The notes beneath the pieces were generated by a model that was given only the letters and a program-made list of their open reading frames with translations, was not told the DNA's origin and ran no database searches. A stretch of DNA of 64,000 bases from assembly GCA_049999805.1 (NCBI GenBank), contig JBNGIO010006113.1, positions 1 to 64,000 on the forward strand, read 5' to 3'. The position numbers were made by a program, and so were the translations under genes. Source of the stretch: Folioceros fuciformis (taxonomy: Eukaryota). Positions 47,359-55,892 of this stretch are shown piece after piece (position 1 is the stretch's first letter; the number at the start of each line of letters is the position of its first letter).

Positions 47359-47592
47359 TTAGAACACGCACGTCATGCAAGCGGAGGATGCTGGGAAGGG
47401 GAATAGAGCCGCAGCAGCTGATGATGATGGTGGCTCAAAAGCAGCAGCAGTGCTTGAATTGGCGGCGACGGTGGAAAAGCCCTGCCGCTGCTTGTGCTTA
47501 GCATTGGAGGCACACAAGACATACACCCTCCGCCTCCGCTTCACCACTCTGCAATGCTCGCAAAGCCTTTTCACAGCTGACCGCACCTTCAT
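47359..47592 (-). CDS. rpl36: Nuclear-encoded ribosomal protein bL36, probably mitochondrial, with a C-terminal extension (3' end may be spliced)
   Basis: [38 protein letters not shown] matches the L36 consensus with C-x2-C...C...H zinc ligands. Confidence 0.9.
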   Translation of the reverse strand: MKVRSAVKRLCEHCRVVKRRRRVYVLCASNAKHKQRQGFSTVAANSSTAAAFEPPSSSAAAALFPFPASSACMTCVF

Positions 47593-47876
47593 CCTGGTAG
47601 GAATTGCCGAACCTCGCCTGCACGACCTTGCCTTGCGACGTCTTCAACCGATCTCAACCGAGTTCAGACCTTTGCTGTGCTGCCTCAACAGTCTGAATGG
47701 TCCAATTGCACGGGGTCCACTCAATAAGAGCAGCTTGAATTAATCACAGTGATATACCTACATATTCCGCAGAGGCCACAGCGGTTTCTTTGTTGAAACC
47801 CGCTTGTTTGGATGACTCCTAAGCGGTTTCTTCATGCAGGCCCGGGCGTCATGTTGTAGGTACATCTTCCAGCAGC

Positions 47877-50795
47877 ATGCACGGAGCCTCACCTATGGCC
47901 ACTGTATGGCAAACAGATCCGTTGTGGACCCAACGAACTGGCGTGTCTCCAGGGATTCTTCGAGGAGATCCTGCTCACTTAACCTTAGGTAGTCAAGTTG
48001 TGACAAACAACCCAGCCCCTAGGTGCAGCAGTATAAGGAGCCCAGCACTTCCACTTTCGACGAAATGTGTCGGTGGGGACAGATTGTCTAGCGATCAAAG
48101 TCACAAGGAGCAGGAGCACTTGTGGCGACAGTTTTTCGTGGATCCTACCATGTGGTGGGACAACAGACGAGATAAGAAGAGCTCCCATTTGCCTGACTTC
48201 CGACGTAAGGGGTCCAATGATGTGTTGTGGTTAAACAGCATATCGAAGCCAGCTTGGGTTGACGAGCAACTTGTTTCTTTGGATATGCAGATGGAAAGTG
48301 GTGCCTCTCCGTCCAAGTGGCCCTCTCCAGAAAAGCCTGAACCTGGCACGCATGCAAGATCGGAAATGGGCGTCGTGACCGTGCGCACTTTATGGCGGCA
48401 GGGGAAGCTTTCGGAGGCCGTTGGAGCCCTGGAATCTCTGGCACAATCAGACTTTGTCATCTCTCAATCTCTGCTTTACAATGTGCTCAAACTGTGTGCA
48501 GCCAAAAGGGACATGGTTTTGGGTCGACGGGTTCATGACCTCATCGTCAATCTTGGGTGCGAGTCCGATACATACTTGGCGAACCATATCTTGCGTATGT
48601 ATGCATCTGGAGGCAGGCTACAGGAGGCCATGAATGTGTTCACCAGGGTGGGAAAACCCAATGCTTTCATGTGGTTCTCCATGATCTCTGCATATGCAAA
48701 GCATGGGAAACCTCATGAGGCCATACAACTGTACCATGAGATGCGTAGGTCAGGGTTGAGGGCGAGTCCTCACGTATTTGCAGCTGCCCTTCAAGCTTGT
48801 GCATTAGCTTCCGACTTGGAATCTGGCAGAAAAGTGCACTGTGATGTGTTGCACAGTGGCCTTCGTCCTGACTTGGTTGTTGGAAACTGCCTGGTGGACA
48901 TGTATGCCAAATGTGGCGAACTGGAAGATGCACGCCGGGCGTTCGACAGCTTGGCCACAAAGGACGTGGTGACATGGACGTCCCTGATTGCTGGGTATAC
49001 ACAGCAAGGGCTCGGCCAAGAGGCGCTCGTACTGTATGCGCAAATGGAGCAAGATGGCCTGGTTTTGGCAGATCGAGTTACTTTTGCTTGCCTTCTGAAG
49101 GCCTGTGCGGGCACTGGTGCCTTGCAAAAGGGCAGGCAGCTGCACTCACTGATTATCAATAGAGGGCTCCTACATGAAATACTGGTGGGCAATTGCCTGG
49201 TGGACATGTATGCAAAATGTGGCGAACTAGACGCTGCACGCCAGGTTTTTGAAGTGTTACCTAGAAAGGATGTGGTGACATGGACGACCCTGATATCGGG
49301 GTATGCAGAGCAAGGCCTCGGTGAAGAGGCTCTTGTTCTGTATGGACAGATGGAGCAAGAGGGGCTCATTTTGGCAGACCGTGTGACTTTTGCTTGCCTT
49401 CTGAAGGCTTGTGCTAGGACCGGTGCCCTACTGAAGGGCAGGCAGCTACACGCACTGATTGTGGAAAGAGGACAGCTGGACAGATGGCTGGGCAACTGCC
49501 TGGTGGACATGTATGCAAAATGTGGTGAACTGAGGGAAGCACGCCGGGTTTTTGACAGCTTAGCTTCAAAGGATGTGGTGACGTGGAATGCCCTGATTGC
49601 CGGGTATGCACAGCAAGGTCTTGGCCAAGAAGCGCTTGCCCTGTACGGACAAATGGGGCAAGACGGCCTCAGTTTGGCTGACGATGTTACTTTCTCTTGC
49701 CTGCTGAAGGCCTGTGCAAGCACTGGGGCCTTGCAGACTGGCCGGCAACTGCACTCAGAGATAGTGAAACGAGGACTGCTGGATAACGTAGTGTTGGGTA
49801 ACTGCCTGGTAGACATGTATGCAAAATGTGGCAAGCTGGAAGTTGCACGCCAGGTTTTCGACAGCTTGTCCACAAAGAATGTGGTCACATGGAATGCATT
49901 GATTGCTGGTTGTGGTGCTTGTGATGAAGGTTACAATGCAGTAGCTTGTTTTGAAGAGATGTTAGTTAGTGGTGTTCAGCCTGATGATACAACTTTTACG
50001 TGCCTTTTGGCAGCGTGTAGTCATCAGGGGCTGGTGTATGAGGGTCGCAAGTACTTCGATTCCATGGCTGAACAGCATGGCATCAAACCTTGTATCGAGC
50101 ATTACACTTGTATGATCGATCTTCTTGGTCGTGCCGGCGAATTAGACGAGGCTGAGGACATGCTCTCGTCATGTGATGGTCAAGGCAGTGTGGTGGGGTT
50201 GACATCTTTGCTAAATGCCTGCAAGACTCACGGGGATATCCATAGAGCGACGCGTTGTTTTGAAAGTCTGGTTAGACTGGAGCCTCAGAATGCATCAGCA
50301 TATGTGCTCATGGCCAATGCCTTAGTAGACGCAGGGAGGTGGAGCGATGCAGAGAGGATCGAAAGACAGAGGTTGGTAGCAGGAGCTAACAAGAAGCCTG
50401 CAGTGGCAGGCATTGAGGTGAATAAGCAGGTACATACATTTGTGGTGGGGGAGAACAGAGATGATCTTGCGCGCAAGGTGGAGAGTGTGAGTGTACGTCT
50501 CAAGAGGGAAGGGGGCCACGTGCCTCACACAAAGTTGGTTTTGAAGCCACTGGGTGAGAAGGAGAAAGAAGATGCCCTTTGCGGTCATGCTGAGAAGCTG
50601 GCTCTGGCTTTTGGTCTCTTGAACACTCCGAGTGGCACCCCTCTGGTGGTAACAAAAAACCTACGCATGTGCAGTGACTGCCACAGTTCGACCGAAATCA
50701 TGTCAAGGGTTGAAAGTAGAGACATTGTTGTAAGGGATGGGTATCGTGTCCATCGATTCGAGTCTGGTTTTTGCAGTTGTAAGGGTCGACCGTAA
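47877..50795 (+). CDS. PDF-motif + PLS-PPR + DYW:KP (GRP-type) protein
   Basis: PDF motif 48120-48272; four MYAKCG units; KKPAVAGIEV, HAEKLA, CSDCH, CSCKGRP*. Confidence 0.95.
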   Translation: MHGASPMATVWQTDPLWTQRTGVSPGILRGDPAHLTLGSQVVTNNPAPRCSSIRSPALPLSTKCVGGDRLSSDQSHKEQEHLWRQFFVDPTMWWDNRRDKKSSHLPDFRRKGSNDVLWLNSISKPAWVDEQLVSLDMQMESGASPSKWPSPEKPEPGTHARSEMGVVTVRTLWRQGKLSEAVGALESLAQSDFVISQSLLYNVLKLCAAKRDMVLGRRVHDLIVNLGCESDTYLANHILRMYASGGRLQEAMNVFTRVGKPNAFMWFSMISAYAKHGKPHEAIQLYHEMRRSGLRASPHVFAAALQACALASDLESGRKVHCDVLHSGLRPDLVVGNCLVDMYAKCGELEDARRAFDSLATKDVVTWTSLIAGYTQQGLGQEALVLYAQMEQDGLVLADRVTFACLLKACAGTGALQKGRQLHSLIINRGLLHEILVGNCLVDMYAKCGELDAARQVFEVLPRKDVVTWTTLISGYAEQGLGEEALVLYGQMEQEGLILADRVTFACLLKACARTGALLKGRQLHALIVERGQLDRWLGNCLVDMYAKCGELREARRVFDSLASKDVVTWNALIAGYAQQGLGQEALALYGQMGQDGLSLADDVTFSCLLKACASTGALQTGRQLHSEIVKRGLLDNVVLGNCLVDMYAKCGKLEVARQVFDSLSTKNVVTWNALIAGCGACDEGYNAVACFEEMLVSGVQPDDTTFTCLLAACSHQGLVYEGRKYFDSMAEQHGIKPCIEHYTCMIDLLGRAGELDEAEDMLSSCDGQGSVVGLTSLLNACKTHGDIHRATRCFESLVRLEPQNASAYVLMANALVDAGRWSDAERIERQRLVAGANKKPAVAGIEVNKQVHTFVVGENRDDLARKVESVSVRLKREGGHVPHTKLVLKPLGEKEKEDALCGHAEKLALAFGLLNTPSGTPLVVTKNLRMCSDCHSSTEIMSRVESRDIVVRDGYRVHRFESGFCSCKGRP

Positions 50796-51785
50796 GGATG
50801 AAGAAGTGGCTGGAGCGTCGAATGTGAACTGTGGGAGTGGCTAGGCGCTCGAAGAGGAGTGTGCTGTGCTTCACTGTCAAGATGCGCCTAGCATTGTGGG
50901 CCGAACGGCAGCATTTGGCAAGTTAACTGCCTTTGATCTTGCCAAAATGAAGTGAAGTGCTCCTGCTCGGCCCAGAAGGTCCACCACTCATGTGCATGAG
51001 TCCTTCACTGGAAGTGATGCGGTGTTTTTCTCGTCTACCCTCAGAGTTCAACATGACAAACAAGAGACAAACCACCAGACATGCAGACTCAGTGTACTAC
51101 ACAATGGGGTGCGGTCTGGCAGGAGGCGATTTTGGTGGCACGAGGCGATTTTGGGAGCACGTTCGTATCACTTCACCGTGTCCTTGACAAGATCAGGCTT
51201 CAATCTGGGTGTGCTGGGTGGCTATGTTTCTTATGTTCACCGCATCAACCTCCTGCAACGCGTGAACCCAAGCTCCCTGAGTTTCTGCGCATGGTAATCA
51301 AACTCTGGGCTACACCCACATGGCCATTCCTTGCTGTCCTGTGCATGGAGCCGTCTGTCAAGACGCAGATCGCAGAGGGAAGGCACCCACCCTATGGTAC
51401 CTTCACAGGACTGCTGCAAATGACAGCTATGACCTCTTCTTCGTTCACATTACCAGAGGGGCAAGGTCTACACAGCATACCCGTGATGTCGTGCTTTGTG
51501 GCACGGTTCCTTTCCAGCAAGTCCCTCTAGATTAAGGGGTTGTTTAGCCGAGCAGAAAGCTCTCACCGCCCCCAACGTTTAGCTGTCTCAAATCAACTAA
51601 ATCTCTTCTACTGTGAGGTTCAGAACGTGTATCCGGATCCGGATAGTTAGATGCAATTTTATATCTTTGAGACTGCAAACAACTAAATCATTTGGATGAA
51701 TGGGATACATGATTCAGAATTACTATGACAATCGCCTGCAATTGGAACGTCTCCCGTTCACGTGCGCGTGGCTAGTCCTCCGTCC

Positions 51786-54700
51786 TCACGGTCGACCCTC
51801 ACAACTGCAACTACCAGCTACAAATCGATGCACACGGTAAGCATCCCTTACAACGATATGTCGACTTTCGACCCTCGACATGATCTCGGTGGAACTGTGG
51901 CAGTCACTGCACATGCGCAGGTTCTTAGTTACCAGCAGAGGTGTACCACTCGGAGTGTTCAAGAGACCAAAAGCCAGAGCCAGCTTTTCAGCATGCCCAC
52001 ACAGCACATCTTCCTTTTCCTTCTCACACAAAGGCTTTAACACCACCTTCGTCTGGGGCACATGGCCCCTTTCCTTTAAGCTGCCTAACTTGAGTGCCAT
52101 GTCATCTCTTCTCTCTCCCACTGCAAACCTATGTACCTGCTTCTTCACCTCAACCGTCGCTACTGCAGGTTTCTTGTGAGCTCCAGCTACAGTCCTCTGT
52201 GTTTCTATCCTGTCAACATCGGTCCATCTACCTGCATCTGCATAAGCGTTGGCCATGAGCACATAGGCAGATGCACTCTGAGGCTCCAGTCTCAACAGAC
52301 TTTCAAAACAACGCCTCGCCCTGTCTACATCCCCGTGAAGTTTGCAAGCATTCAGCAACGACGTCAATCCCACCACATTGCTTTCACTCTCGCATGACAA
52401 CAGCAGGTTCTCGGCCTCATCTAAATGGCCTGCACGCCCAAGAAGATCTATCATGCCAGTGTAATGCTCCATGGTAGGTTCGACGCCATGCTCTTCAGCC
52501 ATGGAACCAAAATGCTTGCGACCCTCATGCACCAGCCCCTCATGACTGCAGGCTGCTAGGAGGCAAGTAAAAGTAGTTTTATCGGGCTGGATACCAGCGA
52601 CTAGCATCTCTTCGAAACACGCCACTGCCTTACGACCTTCATCACAAATACCGCAGCCGGCTATGAGAGAATTCCATGTCACTACGTTCTTTGTGGCCAA
52701 GCTATCAAACACCTGGCGTGCAACTGCCAACTCACCACATTTTGCATACATGTCCACCAGGCTGCTGCCCAGCACTACGTTATCCAGCAGTCCTCTTTCC
52801 ACCAGTCGTGTGTGCACCTCCCTGCCCTTCTGCAAGGCACCACTGCTTGCACAGGCTCTTAGTAGCCAAGCAAACGTGACATGGTTAGCCAAAACCAGGC
52901 CATCTTGCTCCATCTCGCCATACAGAACAAACGCCTCTTGGCCGAGCCCTTGCTGTGCATACCCGCCTATGAGGGAATTCCATGTCACTTCATCTTTTAA
53001 GGCCAAGCCGTCAAAAACCTGGCGTGCATCTCCCAGTTCGCCACATTTTGTGTACATATCCACCAGGCAGTTGCCCAACCATGTGTCGAACTGCCCTCTT
53101 TCTACAATCAGGGAATGTAGCTGCCTCCCCTGCTGTAGAGCATGAGTGCTTGCACAGGCATTCAAAAGGCAAGCAAAGGTAACATGGTCGGCAAAAATGA
53201 GGTCCTCTTGCTCCATTTGTCCGTACAGAACAAGAGCCTCCTGTCCAAGTCCTTGTTCTGCATATCCAGCGATCAGGGCATTCCATGTCACCACATCCTT
53301 TGTGGTCAGGCTGTGAAAAACTTGGTGTGCATCTTTCAAGTTGCCACATTTTGAATACATGTCCACCAGGCAGTTGCTCAACCATAAGTCACCTAGGAGT
53401 CCCCTTTCTACAATCTGTACGTGCAGGTGCCTGCCCATGTGTAAGGCACCAGTACTTGCACAGGCTTTCAAAAGACAGGCAAACGTAACAGGATTGGCCA
53501 CGATCAGGCCGTCCAGCTCCATCTGCTTAAACAGTGCAAGCGCCTCATTCACAAGCCCTTGCTGGGCATACCCAGCAATCAGTACAGTCCACGTCACAAC
53601 ATCCTTTGTGGCCAAGCTTGCAAAGACCTGGCGTGCTTCTTCCAGTTCACCACATTTTGCATACATGTCCACCAGGCAATTGCCCAACACTATGTCCCCC
53701 AGCCGGACGCCTCTTTCAACCATCTGTAAATGCAGCTGCCTGCCTTTCTGTACGGCACGCGCGCTGGCACAGGCCGTTAAAAGGGAAGCGAAAGTAACAT
53801 CGTTGGGCACAACAAGGCCCTCTTGCTCCATACGTCCAAACAAAACAAGCGCCTCTTCGCCAAGCCCTTCTCGTGCATACCCAGCTATCAGGACATTCCA
53901 TGTCACCACGTCCTTTGTGGCCAAGCTGTCAAAAACCTGGCGGGCATCTTTCAGTTGGCCACATTTTGCATACATGTCCACCAGGCAGTTGCCCAACACT
54001 TTTTTCTCTAACAGTCCTCGTTCCACAATCTGTGAGTGCAGCTGCCTGCCCTTCAGTAACGCCCCAGCGCTTGCACACGCATTCAGAAGGCAAGCAAATG
54101 TAACATGGTCAGCCAAATGTAGGCCCTCTTGCTCCATTTGTGCGTACAAAACAAGCGCCTCTTGGCCAAGCCCATGCTGTGTATACCCAGTTAACATTGC
54201 ATTCCAAGTCACGACATCCTTTGTGACCAAGATGTCGAAGGCCTGGCGAGCATCTTTGAGTTCTCCACATTTTGCATACATGTTCACCAGGGAGTTGCCA
54301 ACAAATAAGTCAAGGGGAATGCCACTGTGCAACACGTCACAATGCACTTTTCTCCCAGATTCCAGGTCACCGCCAAATGCACAAGCTTGAAGGGCAGCTA
54401 CAAAGACGTGAGCATCCGCCTTCACTCCTGCCCTGCGCATCTCATGATACAGCTGTATGGCATCATTAGGTTTACCATGCTTAGCATATGCAGAAATTAT
54501 GGAAAACCACATGAAGACATTCGGTTTCCCCACTCTGGTGAACACATCCATAGCCTCCTCCAGCCTTCCTCCACATGCATACATACGCAAGATATGGTTC
54601 CCCAAGTAGGCATCCGACTCGTACCCAAGTTTGACAACGAGGTCATGAACTCGTCGACCCACAACCAGGTCCTTTTGAGCTGAACACAGTTTCAGCACGA

Positions 54701-55292
54701 TGAAAAACAGAGACTGAGAAATAGGAGAATCCGTCTGTGCCAGGGATTCCAGGGCTCCAACTGCCTCACACAGCCTCCCCTGCTGACATAAAATGCGGAC
54801 GGTTACGACGCCCGCCTCGGATCCTGCACGGGTGCAAGGTTCAGGATTATCCGGAGAGTTTGACTGGGAAGGAGAGGCTCCATGACCCGTCTGCTTATCC
54901 AAAGAAAAAAGCTGCTCGTCAACCCAAGCTGGTTTGAGCATGCTGTTCAACCACAGGACCTCGCCGGACCCCTGAAGCCGGAAGTCTGGCAAATGGGAGC
55001 TCTTCTTATCTCGTCTATTGTCCCACCACGTTGTAGGCTTCAGAAAAAATTGGTGCCACGAGTGCTCCTGCTCCTGACGACGATCAGAACGGGAAAATCC
55101 AAACGCATCCTCACATTTTCTCAAAAGTAGAAGTGCTGGGCTCCGTACAAAACTGCTCCTGGAGACTTGGTTGCTTGCTGCAGGCTGACTCCCTAAGATG
55201 AGATGGGCAGGAGCTCCTTGTAGAATCCCTGTAACAGCATTACTCTGTCGGGCACACAGAGGGTCCGGTTGTAATACTGCGGCCATGTTCAA
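51786..55292 (-). CDS. PDF-motif + PLS-PPR + DYW:KP (GRP-type) protein, longest paralogue
   Basis: PDF motif 54909-55061; six MY(A/S/T)KCG units; KKPAVATVEV, HAEKLA, CSDCH, CSCEGRP*. Confidence 0.95.
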   Translation of the reverse strand: MNMAAVLQPDPLCARQSNAVTGILQGAPAHLILGSQPAASNQVSRSSFVRSPALLLLRKCEDAFGFSRSDRRQEQEHSWHQFFLKPTTWWDNRRDKKSSHLPDFRLQGSGEVLWLNSMLKPAWVDEQLFSLDKQTGHGASPSQSNSPDNPEPCTRAGSEAGVVTVRILCQQGRLCEAVGALESLAQTDSPISQSLFFIVLKLCSAQKDLVVGRRVHDLVVKLGYESDAYLGNHILRMYACGGRLEEAMDVFTRVGKPNVFMWFSIISAYAKHGKPNDAIQLYHEMRRAGVKADAHVFVAALQACAFGGDLESGRKVHCDVLHSGIPLDLFVGNSLVNMYAKCGELKDARQAFDILVTKDVVTWNAMLTGYTQHGLGQEALVLYAQMEQEGLHLADHVTFACLLNACASAGALLKGRQLHSQIVERGLLEKKVLGNCLVDMYAKCGQLKDARQVFDSLATKDVVTWNVLIAGYAREGLGEEALVLFGRMEQEGLVVPNDVTFASLLTACASARAVQKGRQLHLQMVERGVRLGDIVLGNCLVDMYAKCGELEEARQVFASLATKDVVTWTVLIAGYAQQGLVNEALALFKQMELDGLIVANPVTFACLLKACASTGALHMGRHLHVQIVERGLLGDLWLSNCLVDMYSKCGNLKDAHQVFHSLTTKDVVTWNALIAGYAEQGLGQEALVLYGQMEQEDLIFADHVTFACLLNACASTHALQQGRQLHSLIVERGQFDTWLGNCLVDMYTKCGELGDARQVFDGLALKDEVTWNSLIGGYAQQGLGQEAFVLYGEMEQDGLVLANHVTFAWLLRACASSGALQKGREVHTRLVERGLLDNVVLGSSLVDMYAKCGELAVARQVFDSLATKNVVTWNSLIAGCGICDEGRKAVACFEEMLVAGIQPDKTTFTCLLAACSHEGLVHEGRKHFGSMAEEHGVEPTMEHYTGMIDLLGRAGHLDEAENLLLSCESESNVVGLTSLLNACKLHGDVDRARRCFESLLRLEPQSASAYVLMANAYADAGRWTDVDRIETQRTVAGAHKKPAVATVEVKKQVHRFAVGERRDDMALKLGSLKERGHVPQTKVVLKPLCEKEKEDVLCGHAEKLALAFGLLNTPSGTPLLVTKNLRMCSDCHSSTEIMSRVESRHIVVRDAYRVHRFVAGSCSCEGRP

Positions 55293-55892
55293 GGACCTGT
55301 GCCTGACGTCAGGATGCGTGAGACCCCTGCTGTCCGGTTTGTTACCCCACCAGTCTAAGAGATCCTGGAAAAAGAGATGCCACAGCTGTTCCTGTCACTC
55401 TTTTTCTATTCCGTCGAGAGGCTTGGCCGCCTCCCACTTGGACAAGTGCGGGAGCGCAGAGCCAAGATGTGGCTGAAGAGCCACAAATTTTGCCACGAAA
55501 CAGCCCTGCCTGCATCATTGCCATGGCAGCCCTGATTTGGTTGCCTCCCTGGACTTGAAGGGCAGGCAAGGCAGGCACCTGATTAACGGTCCACATGTCT
55601 GTTGAACCGCTCGGTGCCAACACGTGCATGACCAAGGCCCCATCCCATTTGCATTTCACCAATTCTGTAAAGTGGCGACTCCAATCGAGAACGCGTAAGC
55701 ACCCACCGAGACACGGGTGGACAAACGACCCGTAGGAATTAGGGTTTAAGGCAATGGTGGCATCTACCAGGCAACCACCTTTGTTTTGGTGGGATTTTGC
55801 GAGCAACTGTCTTCCCGGGTGGTTTAATCATGCATGCCGACAGGAGTAGCTATAGTTTGTTGTGTCCTTGTTCCGACAGGGGTCCCTGAACG

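Noticed and set aside
43686-54390. Long antisense ORFs (276, 365 and 349 aa)
   Set aside because: They are shadow frames of repetitive PPR coding sequence.
55395-55397. In-frame TGA that U-to-C editing could restore to CGA, suggesting self-regulation
   Set aside because: This is a nuclear gene; CpG deamination explains it simply, and nuclear U-to-C editing has no support here.
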